From assembly GCA_965178125.1 (NCBI GenBank), contig OZ237763.1, positions 806,001 through 870,000 on the forward strand: a stretch of 64,000 nucleotides of DNA, read 5' to 3'. A program made the position numbers and the translations under genes. Below the pieces are notes generated by a model. It saw only the letters and a list, made by a program, of their open reading frames with translations. It had not been told where the DNA came from and did no database searches. The stretch's first letter is position 1, and the number at the start of each line of letters is the position of its first letter. This document shows, in pieces, positions 11,435 through 21,487 of the stretch. Source of the stretch: Bilabrum cf. latius (taxonomy: Eukaryota).

Positions 11435-13396
11435 ATGGCTAGACATGGTCGAATACGCCGCAACTTCCCTACGCGTTTATCAAACGATGTATATATTAAA
11501 TTTTTTATTGTGAGTGTAGCAGCTTTATCGATAGGGTGGTTGCTGCTGCACGCGACCAGCACAATGGACAGCAATGCCTCCGGAGCTTAGAGCATGCTCC
11601 AAGGCGACCTTGCTTCCGACCGAGCACAGCTCATAAGGCAATCGTGCGATGGTGTTGCCGTGTGGGCTCATGCCTTGCAGCCCGATACTGTGCGGCACCT
11701 CGACTGCGCTCCGAAGGCCATGGTTGAATACGCCGTCTTGCACCGATCCCTCCGGCACGAATCCAGCGCACGGACAATAACCTATTTCTGCCAAGAGTGG
11801 TGCGGTGGTCTCGGAGATCGCTTGAAGGGGATCGTGACTGCCTACCTGCTTGGATTACTGAGCGGAAGAGTCGTGCTTCTGGACCAAAGACTGCCAACGT
11901 ACGCGGAGGACATTTTCTTGCCAGGCAGTGCTGCGTGGGCGCACGGTGTCGACTGGAGGCTGACAAAACGCGAACGAGTTAGTCGGGCTGGCCATGGGCT
12001 CACCATCGTGGATGAGCTGCCGATGGGGAGCGATGCGACGCTGGAGCGGCAGTGCTCCGCGGTGTGGGCCTGGTGGAGCACCATCGCTAGCACTTCACCG
12101 GAGCACCAGCACGTTGTCATCCGCGTGAATCAGCACTGGGATGCCGTGCTCGCGCGCTGCCTGTCGCGGGACCAGCTGCCTGTGGGCAACGCGAGCCTCC
12201 GGCCGCTCGCCTGGATGGCCCGGGCCCAAGCTACCCTCAGCAGCAGCGGCACACCTCCCGCAGGCGGCACAGACGTCCTGGATCCGCCGCCAGGAGGCCA
12301 CCACCAGTCCAATCAGCAGCAGTAGCAGCTGAGCATGGACAGCCGGCTGCATCTGCTCTCGTTGCTGAAGCAGGGCTGTCGGCGGCCGGGCGCGGCCAAC
12401 AGCACAAACGTGGACTCGGAGTCGTCCGCCCCTGCCACGGACAGCAACCCCGACGTGTGGGCCGCGGCCGTGCACGCCATGCTGGTTCCTCGCCCCGAGG
12501 TTGCCGCCCTGCTGTGGGGCGGGCAGCTGCAGCGATTGGCGGACTCTGCAGAGGGGCGGGGTCAGGAAGGTGCTAGTGGGGGCGAGACTGCCTCGTCAAG
12601 GGCCGTGGTGGGAAGGCGGGAAGGTATTTCGCAGGGGGCGTATTCGCTCGCTGGCTGTGGGGCCCCCCCGCGCCCGTGGCTGGGAGTCCACATCCGGCTG
12701 GGTTCCCAGATTGACCCGCTGGTCGGGGAGAGGCAAGGGCAGGACGTGCTCCGGTCCATGCCTCACGCGGTGAGGGCGGCAGCGGCAGCGGCGGGGTGGC
12801 ATGTGCCGCGGCTCGGGAGCTGGGCCAAAGGGAAGAGGGAGGGCGATGGGGGTGAGGGTGAGGGTGAGGGATCTGCACCGTCACACCTACCAGCCAAGGA
12901 GAGCCAGTCTGTGTCGGTCTACGTGGCGGCCGACACGTTCTCGAGGGCAGCGGCGTCCACTCGTCACATCTAGGAGCTCACGGGGGCGAGGACGTGCAGC
13001 CTCAATGTGACGGGCCGGCAGCAGGGCATGTACCATGTGGACCGCACGAAGGTGCTGCGGGGCCAGGAGGGGGGCACCGGTGGAGGCCCGGGAGCTGGAC
13101 AAGGACAAGGACAAGGACAAGGATAGGGACAGGGGGCGGACGCGCTTAGCAAGGAGATGCACATCCGGGAGCAGCGCACGATGCTGGCCGAGTGGATCGC
13201 GCTGTCCAGCTGCGATGCCCTGTTGGTCACGGGGTCTGGGTTCGCCAGGACTGCCGCAGCCGCTGGTTTCATCCGCAGGTCGTGGGAGGCACTGCACGAT
13301 GGTGCTCTGCGCGAGTCCGGGTGCCCCGCCACTGTGCGGCCCCAGGCGAGGCCAGAGGGGGCCCCGGCCGGGTACCGGCTGCCGCCTTACAGATGA
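11435..13396 (+). CDS. Type II membrane fucosyltransferase-like glycosyltransferase (alpha-1,2/1,6-FucT motif family)
   Basis: ATG 11435, basic N-tail, then a TM segment (FFIVSVAALSIGWLLL). Motifs GGLGDRLKGIVTAYLLGLLSGR, LGVHIRLG, VYVAADT and AEWIALSSCDALLVTGSGFARTAA. In-frame TAG at 11588, 12323, 12971 and 13124; ends TGA. Confidence 0.8.
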
Positions 13397-13543
13397 CTTG
13401 GTGAGTACGGGTCTGCAGCGCCGCGCGTTGCATTGCCAGCAGGCATGTCGTGGACGTTGGTGCACCCGTTTTCCGGAACGGTCTCCCAGAGGGTTGCATG
13501 GACTATATGAATGTAAAATCCCATAACAGACTGCCTTGTCGTC

Positions 13544-16500
13544 TCAAAAGTACTCTACTTCACCGTCCTCCGCTCCGCCCCACTCGGCCGGATCCGCGGT
13601 GCCAGCAGTGGCATGTGCCTCGGCCTGCACCTCTGCCATCGAGTCACCGAGCCCTGCCCCCCACGCCCCGGGGTGTCCCCCCGCCCAGGTGGCCCGCCCG
13701 CCGCCGCGATCCGGATGCCGCCCATCGCCGCCTCGTGGCACTGCCCCGCTCCTGCCCCTGCTCCTGCTGCTGCTCCTTCCTCCGCTGCCCCGCTTCCCCC
13801 TGCTTCTCCTGCTGGACGGAGGCCTGCGGCCCGTGCCCGTGCCCGTGCCCGCCCTTGCCCTCGGGCCGCTGACCGGCACGCCCGCCGCCCGTGCAGTCTT
13901 GGCCGCCTCATCCAGCCCATTGGGCGCCCGCCCCAGCCCCATGCCCACGGCCCCCGGCCCCGTCCGCACCTCGATGGGCTCCAGCACGCCCGCCTCCCAC
14001 CTGGCCTCGGCCTCCTCATGCTCCCACTCGGACCGCTGCCGGGCCGCCTCCTGCGCCTCCCGCACCGCCCGGGCCTCCCCACGGATGGCGGCGGCAAGGC
14101 CCACCGCCGCGGCGAACCGGGACTCGGCATTCCGCCGCGCCTCCTCCTCCTCCAGCTCCAGCGAGGTCACCGCCGCGTGCCGCTGCCGCTCCAGCGCCTG
14201 CTGCTCCGCCCGCGCCGCGGCCCCCGCCCTCGCCGCCCTGGCCCGCAGGGCATCCAGCGCGGCGGCCCGCTCCTCCCTTGCCACCGCCCGCACCAGCGCG
14301 GCTGCCACCGCGTCCCGTTTCGAGGCCCGCGCGAGCTGCGCCCCCACGCTCCTGCGGGCCAGGTCCTCCACGAACCGCCGGGCGCGCACAGCTTCGGCCC
14401 TCCGCTGCTGCCTCGCCGCCATGGCCCGCGCCCGGGCCTGCTTGCGCTGGGTCGCCTCCAGGGCGCGCACGGTGGCCCGGTGCCGCCGCACCGCCGACTC
14501 CCTCGCCGCCCGGAGCGCCCTCAGACCCTGGCTGGTCCTGCCTGCCTCCAGCCGAGCGCGGGTCGCGGCCAGATCCCCGTGGGTGACACCTGGCACGGTG
14601 GCCGCTGCAGCAGCCTGGATCTCCCTGCGAACCGCCTCGGCGCTGCCCGTGAGGGGCGCCTGGCCCCCCGCACCGTGCTCCCGCCAGTCGCCGCGCAGCT
14701 GGCCAGACTGCTGGAACCGGCCGGGCCCCGCCTTCCTACGGCGAGCAGAGGGCCGGGGGATGGAACCCCGGGGGACTCGCGCCACTGGGCCCCTGCCCCG
14801 CCCCTGTTGCTGATGTTGCTGCCGACTCCGCCGCCTGGGTCGGGAGGAGCTGCGCGTGTTTTCGTACCTGCTCGCTGCGGCATGCCCATGCCCCTTTCGG
14901 CTGCTGCTGGTGCCGGTGCTCGCTCCCATTCCCATTCCCATTCCCGCCCGTGTCTACGTCCCCGTTGCCCACGAGGCCGAGGGCAGGGGCCCGGGCGCAG
15001 GGGCCCTCCTGGACCGAGGCACGGCCGTCCCAGGTCTCCCCGCCGAGGGCCCGCCCCAGCCCTGGCCCTGGCCCCCACTGCCACCGGTTCCCGCCCATTC
15101 CTCGTCCTCACTCCCCTCCTCCTCCCCCTCTACTTCTCTCTGCCCGTCATCATCCTCATCTTCGTCCTCGTCTGCTTTTCGCTCGTCCATCCGCGAGCTG
15201 CCAGCACGCGCCGCCACCGAGGGCTGCCTCGCGGGCCACGGCTCCTCGCCCTCGTCACCCTCATCCTGCCCATACTGGCGCTCGTCTCGCTGAGCCGCCC
15301 CTCGCCGCTCAGCCTCCTTGCCGTCCTGCTCCCCCGCCCACCCGGGCACCTGCTCCAGTTCCTGCCCGGTCCCGAGCCGGGCGCCGTGCAAGCGCCCGCG
15401 AAGCACCGCAGCCAGCCCCGCCCGAGGAGCGCCCTGCGCCGAAGCCGCCCAGTCCTCATCCTCATCCTCATCCTCACCCTCGTCTTCGTCCTCACCGCTG
15501 AACCCATCGTCATCGTCATCCTCTGGACCCTCCGCCGGGCTGCCTCCATCTTCGTTCTCCTCCTCTTCATCGTCCTCGGCCGCGAGCATAGCCAGGTGCG
15601 CCGCTGCATCCACACCCCGAGGCCCAGCGGACGGTCGACCCGCCCTCACCGCTCTCGCCGGGAGTCGGGGAGGCACTATGCCCCGCTGGCCAGCACCAGC
15701 ACCGCGACTCGGCTGCCTGCTCCTGCTCTTGCGGGCGCTTCTGCTGCGCACCGGCCTGTACTAGCTTGCTGCCGCCCGCGCGGATTGGGAGAAGGGCGAG
15801 GGTGAGGCTTGCTTCGCACCCGCGGCATGCCGCTTGCCGCTGGCGCTGCCCACCTTGCCGCGGGCTCGAGCGCGGGAGGATCCGCGGATCCTCCCGCGCA
15901 GGTGCGCCGGAACCGGGGGTGCTCCTGCCTGTGGGGCAGGGGCCCGCGCCCGGCCGCCAGCCCCCCTGCTCCTGACGCCTGCGCCCGTGCCCTTCCTCGT
16001 CCTGCTCGTCCGCTGGCGAGCGGCCGACTGGGGGCGGACTCTGGGCGCTGTCCTGTGCGTCCTTGCTCTCGGCCTCGTGCCGCTTCGCTTGGGTCTCGCC
16101 CTGCCGATGCTCTTGCTCTTGGACCCTGGGGACGACTGCTTCTGCTTGGGCCTGCGCGGTTGTCTGGCATGCTTCGCTGGGTGCTTGTGCTGGTGCATGG
16201 CTGGTGTGGCGCGCGGCGCTTCGATCCTGGCCTGGCCCTCCCCTGGGGTTGCTCCTCTGGGTCGGTGCAGCGCCCCGCTGACCGCCACAGGGGGATGTGG
16301 CGAGCCCGCGTCTGGCCTTGACTGGGACCTCGACTGCCTGCTGCTGCTTGCCACGGACGAGGACCCGGACCTCGCCTCCACCAGCACGCGGTGGATCTCA
16401 AGGAACAGACTCAGCATGAACTTGATCGCAGACACGCTGCCCCCCGCCAGCGAGTCCGCAGTGACCAGCTCGGGAGGGACCGCCACGTAGGCGGGCAGCA

Positions 16501-17179
16501 TCTCATGGAGACTCGTCAGCAGCACGCCCGCGTCGTGCACAGCCTCTGAGTCCGTCGCGCTCGCTGCCCGCGCCCCGGGCGCCTTGAGTCCCCGGAGGCG
16601 CACGTTGAAGAGCCGCTCGAAGGCCGCCGAGAATATGGCCGTGGCCCCATCCTGCAGGTGGGACACAGTCTCCAGGGGGACGGGCGGGTCGATGCCCACG
16701 GCCCGCACCAGCCGCTGGGCGGTGTCCACCAGGTGCTGCGGCTCGTCAAAGTCTAGAAAGGGGCTGGAGCCCACAGAATCCTCCGCCAGCCCCCGCCCCA
16801 GCTCGGCAGCATCGTCCGCCTCCTCCTCGTCGGCCCGTGCCATCGCCTGCAGCGCATCGTGGGCATCGGGGCCAGAGGCGGGCTTGGAGACGGCTCCTGC
16901 AGCGACACCGCCGCCGCTCACCTCGTGGGACCTGCTTGCACCGAGCGCCCGCAGTTCCTCCCTGGTCCCAGAGCCCGCGGGGCCCGGGCTGCGCACGCCA
17001 CCAGGTGGCACACCCGACTGTGCTGCAGGCAGGCCGAGCTGGGCGCGCATTCCGGCAGCAGGAGGGGCTGTCGCTGCTTGTGATTTGCGCACAGGCGCTG
17101 CGACCCCGTCGCTATCATCTTCCCCATCGGTCCAGCCGGGTGGCAGATCATCCCTACCTCCGAGTCTATTTGTTGCCAT
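13544..17179 (-). CDS. CEP95-like protein (N-terminal CH-like/DUF5745-type domain, low-complexity linker, coiled coil)
   Basis: ORFs 15761-17254, 14954-15751 and 13544-14941 share a frame, joined by TAG at 15761 and 14954. IFSAAFERLFNVRL...AGVLLTSL...SLAGGSVSAIKFMLSLFLEI resembles the CEP95 N-terminal domain. Ends TGA. Confidence 0.55.
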
Positions 17180-17884
17180 AGTGCAGGTGCTGTGCAGCGA
17201 TAAACTGCGCAATGAACAATACGCTGGGAGGCAATTTATTGTAAATAAATCCACATGGATCGCCCCGTGTACAACACAGAGCTGCGAGACAAATACCGCA
17301 GGGCAGCATCAGTTTATGCAACCCGCAGGCGAGTGGCAAGGCAAAACTCGCTTGCTCGAACTCAGTGCGCCCCCTTGCCGCACTACGGGGTCAATATGCG
17401 CAATAATATTAAAGACTTACACTCTGCTCGAGAAGTTGCAGTATACTCGGCAATGCTGGAGGACTCCCTTGGACTTGCCGTTTGGCTCCAGATTTATAAA
17501 GGTAACGTGTTAATTCAACGAATACAATTCTGGTTTTGAGCCAGAACCGCCGCCTCGAAGGCCACGTTGTACCATCTCTTCCGAGCACGTAAGTCGTTTT
17601 GAAGGAGAACCTTTTGACAGCCGACTTTTGTCTTTAATTGTTAACTTATTTCTGTCGTAAAGTATCCGTGTATCGACCATAGGCCGAGACAGGCGGTGTC
17701 TAGTCCTGCTCACTGGGCGATGTGAATTAAAGCTGTGCGAGCTTGCTGTGAATCGAGGCGAAGGGTTTGACATACGTAATCTATACAATTGTGTCTAATG
17801 CATACCCTGTACCGATTGTCGCGGCCCGAATCGTCAATCATATCCCCTTGCACCATAGCTGTATCTTTTCTGATGCCGCAGACC

Positions 17885-18745
17885 ATGGCCGTGCTTTCCA
17901 GGGCGCGATTCATCGCCACTTCCGTCGCTTTTTTCGCCGGTGTAGCGTTACTTGCTAGCCGCACTACGCTCGCACAGGAGGAGGACGGCGAAGACGCCTA
18001 CGACGAGTATAACGAGGAAGAGGATATGGGAGCTGCCGAGCCCGAGGGCTCGCAGTCCCGCTACTCCCAGCAGGCACAGCCCACCGAGGAACAGATGAGG
18101 CAGCAGCAGCAGATGCAGCAGCAGATGATCGCCTACATACGCTCTAAGGCCACTGACGAGTGCAGAGCCGAGCTGGATGCCAGGGTGGAGGCCTCGCAGC
18201 CGGGCGAGGACGGGCAGCCCCCCAAGCCCGAGGACCTCCCGGAGATCAGCGACGATTGCAATGAGAAGTTTACGAAGCTGGCAGAGGAGTTCCGCACCAT
18301 CTTGCAGGCACAGGCCGAGGGCGGGGATCCGTCCGCGGGCGCAGCCGGCGAGGGGGAGGGGCAGGAGGGCCCAGCCAAGGCGGGTGGAGGGTGGGGTGCT
18401 GTCTTGACTGTGGTCGGTCTGGCTGCCGTTCTGATCGTGGGTCCTGCCTTGTACAGCATGGCCCAGTATTCCGCCAAGAAGGCTTGGGAGAAGGCGCACC
18501 CGAACGAGGTGAAGAAGGCCCGGGAGGCCCAGGAGAAGAAGGCAGAGGAGCTCCGCAAGGCCGGCAAGAACGAGGAGGAGGCCTATGAGGAGACTGCAGG
18601 AGGGGAGGGAGGCGACTCGAAGAAGGAAGAGGCCGAAGGGGCGCTGGTGGACGAGGCCGTACGCGCGAGGCGCAAGGCCAAGGCCGCCAAGGCGTCCTCG
18701 GGCAAGTCCTCGGGGCGCAGGAGGGGCAAGGGCGGCCGCGTCTGA
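17885..18745 (+). CDS. Hypothetical type I membrane protein (signal peptide, acidic/Q-rich lumenal part, TM helix, basic tail)
   Basis: MAVLSRARFIATSVAFFAGVALLA signal, WGAVLTVVGLAAVLIVGPALY TM segment, coding-like codon usage; ends TGA. Confidence 0.75.
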   Translation: MAVLSRARFIATSVAFFAGVALLASRTTLAQEEDGEDAYDEYNEEEDMGAAEPEGSQSRYSQQAQPTEEQMRQQQQMQQQMIAYIRSKATDECRAELDARVEASQPGEDGQPPKPEDLPEISDDCNEKFTKLAEEFRTILQAQAEGGDPSAGAAGEGEGQEGPAKAGGGWGAVLTVVGLAAVLIVGPALYSMAQYSAKKAWEKAHPNEVKKAREAQEKKAEELRKAGKNEEEAYEETAGGEGGDSKKEEAEGALVDEAVRARRKAKAAKASSGKSSGRRRGKGGRV

Positions 18746-19050
18746 GCCGGCTGCCTGTCTCGGTCAGTCAGTCACCGGGGCTATGCTTCCGACGCATAGC
18801 GTAACAGGGTGCGTCGAGTCGGCGAGATGTAGTGTGCCTATCAGCCCTCCAAGGGTGGCTGCTGCATTCTAGGTATTGATGGGTGGATTGCTGGAACCGT
18901 TGCACTCTCGCAACGAATGGAAGATACGAACTGCGCGCCATTATTGTATCCGCGCCACGAAACTCAATGATTACTGCATTTACACCAGGTACGGGTCGCC
19001 ATCCAACTAAGCCCATGCTGGTAGTAAGTACCTACTGGGCCAGTAGGCTG

Positions 19051-19822
19051 TCAGCTCTCGCCCTGTGCAGCAGCAGCGCGCGCCTTGGCCTCGGCGGCTT
19101 CCTGCTCGGCCGTCTTAGCCTGCTTCGCAGCGCGTGCAGCTTTGCCGCGAGTCCTAAACTTGCCCTTGACTTGTGCCATTTCTTCCTGCTCCTCTGTTCG
19201 GACGGGCTTGAATCGCTCCAGTGCCCGCCCGTGCTTGGCCACTTCGAGCTCCCGGGCTCTGGCGGTCGACACGAACCTATGGTCGGCAGCAAGGGCCTGA
19301 GAGGAACCACCTTTAGCAGCACTGGCAGACGAGCCAAATGCAGGAGCTGTTGAACTCCCATCCTCCCCGTACTAGGCAGCCAGTGCCTGCTCCTTTGCCA
19401 CAAGTTCAGCAAGCCTGGCCTTCCGTCTGCGATGTTCAAAGCACGGGGAGAATATCGGATCGAATGCCTCGTGCACAAAGAGTTCTACTAGTAACATGAT
19501 AAACTCGTGCATTCATCAGCCGTGACTAACTCTGCCAGCTCCTTCTTTCGCTGTTCAATCTAGCCATCAAGCGTAGGCGCCTGCGAACATTCACAATACG
19601 GGTAAAATGCATCAATGCAGCCTATAAGTGTGACAATGCTGGAGATTCTGCTCCAAGTATCCGGATATTCCTCACTAGTCGGCTGCCCTCATCCGCAAGC
19701 GAGCCCCACTCCTTCGCATATCGCACTTGAGAGTTTACTTCTGACCGGATTCTATCTCTCCATGTTTCAACTAGAGCAAGCTCTGAAAGTTCTTGCTTTC
19801 CTTGCACCCCAGCACCTGCCAT
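19051..19822 (-). CDS. Small 3-exon protein with a motif resembling the C20orf85/CIMIP1 (LLC1) ciliary family
   Basis: Exons 19822-19676, 19580-19531 and 19426-19051; GT-AG introns keep the frame. TWRDRIRSEVNSQVRYAKEWGSL resembles the W-x-R...E...WG-x-L motif. Two TAGs read through; ends TGA. Confidence 0.5.
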
Positions 19823-20050
19823 AGCGGCAAATATGCGACCCGAAGGTCGTCAACGGTACTGTAAGCGTGTGATGATGGCGCTGTCCAGCCGCGAACAGTG
19901 CAGACTGTGCAGTGCATGGTGTACGCACCGTTGCACAGCGAAAAGGCAAATGTGTTAAATCTGTGCTGACGCCAAAATATAAGTAGCTGTGCAGGCATGC
20001 ATGATCGAACCCCCCTGCCACTGCCAATCGCCGAACCCCAACCTGTCCCG

Positions 20051-21322
20051 TCAGGTCGCGCCTCCCGCTGCGGCTCCCTCGTCTGCACCCCCACTGGCGC
20101 TGGACCCACTGGACCTGAGCTCGGCCGAGATCTCGTGCACAGCCTTGACGAAAGCCTGGAACTGCTCGGGCACATGCGTGGGCTGCATGCCCCACCCCAG
20201 GTTGGCGATCATGGGCTTGTCCCCGAACCCCTCTAGCATCTTCCTCACCTCACTACGGATCACAGCCTCGCCCCCGTAGAAGGCCCCCGGGTCCAGGTTC
20301 CCCTGCACCGCCGCCCGCCTGACCCGCCGCGCCCCCTCCGCCGGGTCGATGGTCCAGTCGAGGCTCACCACGTCGAACCGAGCGTCCTCCTCCTCCTCCC
20401 CATCGATCCACTCCAGGGCATAGTGCGCCCCCCTCGCGAAGAGAATCATGGGGGGTCCGCCCTCGGAAGGGGGTGGCACCCTAGCCCGCACCCCCTTCAC
20501 GATCCTCCTCAGGTGAGGCAGCACCGCCTCCTTGAAGAGACCGGGGGGCAGCTCGCCAGCGTTGCTCTCGAAGACTTGCAGGGCAGATGCGCCCGCCAGC
20601 CACTGGCCCACCAGCAGGTCGATGCACGTCTCAGCGATGGCACCCATCATGCGGCGGGCCGCATCGGGATGCCCGTATAGCCAGGTCTTGGCCACCGAGT
20701 GCGACTTGGAGCCGCCCCCTTCCGCCATGTAGGACAGAAGGGTCCACGGGCCACCGCAGAATCCCAGCACCGGGAGCTTGTTCTCTGTGATGCGAATCGT
20801 CTCCTTGATGGCGGCGTACAAAGGGGCAAACGTCTCTGATGCATCGGGCCGCATGCACAGCGGAGGCTCGCGCTTTGCGAGGTCGGCTGGCAGCCCAAGG
20901 GGGATCGGGAACACCGGGCCCTTGCCGGGAACCATCTTGCACTCCATGCCCATGGCCTGGGGCACGATGAGAATATCACTAAATATCACAAGGGCGTCAA
21001 TTGGGGCTCTGCGCATAGGCTGGGCCGTGATCTCTGCCGCGACGGACGGAGTACCGCACATGGCGAAGAAATCGTGCTCCTTGCGCACCTCCCGGAACTC
21101 CGGCAGGTACCGCCCCGCCTGGCGCATGCACCACACGGGACAGACATCAGTTTTCTTTCCGAGAGCGGCGTCCAGCAGACGCGTGTTGCTGGGCTTGTCC
21201 TGCTTCAAGCGAAGCTCGATGAGCTTATCCTCTCCAGCTGGAGGAGCGTACTCAGTACCAAGTTTCGAAGCCACGCTGCCGCCAGGGGCAACTGACTCAT
21301 CGATTGGTTCGCCTGATGCCAT
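20051..21322 (-). CDS. UROD: Uroporphyrinogen III decarboxylase
   Basis: PVWCMRQAGRYLPE, IFSDILIVPQAMG, GFCGGPWTLLSYMAEG, VQGNLDP and IANLGWG motifs; no internal TAG; ends TGA. Confidence 0.97.
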   Translation of the reverse strand: MASGEPIDESVAPGGSVASKLGTEYAPPAGEDKLIELRLKQDKPSNTRLLDAALGKKTDVCPVWCMRQAGRYLPEFREVRKEHDFFAMCGTPSVAAEITAQPMRRAPIDALVIFSDILIVPQAMGMECKMVPGKGPVFPIPLGLPADLAKREPPLCMRPDASETFAPLYAAIKETIRITENKLPVLGFCGGPWTLLSYMAEGGGSKSHSVAKTWLYGHPDAARRMMGAIAETCIDLLVGQWLAGASALQVFESNAGELPPGLFKEAVLPHLRRIVKGVRARVPPPSEGGPPMILFARGAHYALEWIDGEEEEDARFDVVSLDWTIDPAEGARRVRRAAVQGNLDPGAFYGGEAVIRSEVRKMLEGFGDKPMIANLGWGMQPTHVPEQFQAFVKAVHEISAELRSSGSSASGGADEGAAAGGAT

Positions 21323-21487
21323 GCTGTACGTTTTGCACTTGGTGGCGTGGCACAGCAGCGCATGGTTTCTCCAGCGGAGGTCCACTCGTCATCGTGCAAA
21401 GATACCCGGCAGTAGAATCATGCACAGACGTTCCGAGATGTAGCTTTGGCGATGAAAATGCCCGCGAATTGACTTAACCAAACGAAC

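Noticed and set aside
13536-15805. Long plus-strand ORFs (425 and 730 aa) and similar antisense ORFs such as 32116-33723 and 39230-41287
   Set aside because: Shadow ORFs opposite real genes, expected at this GC content; they carry no motifs.
17255-17539. 94-aa ORF in the spacer upstream of the CEP95-like gene
   Set aside because: AT-richer sequence with no recognisable motif; I cannot support it as coding.
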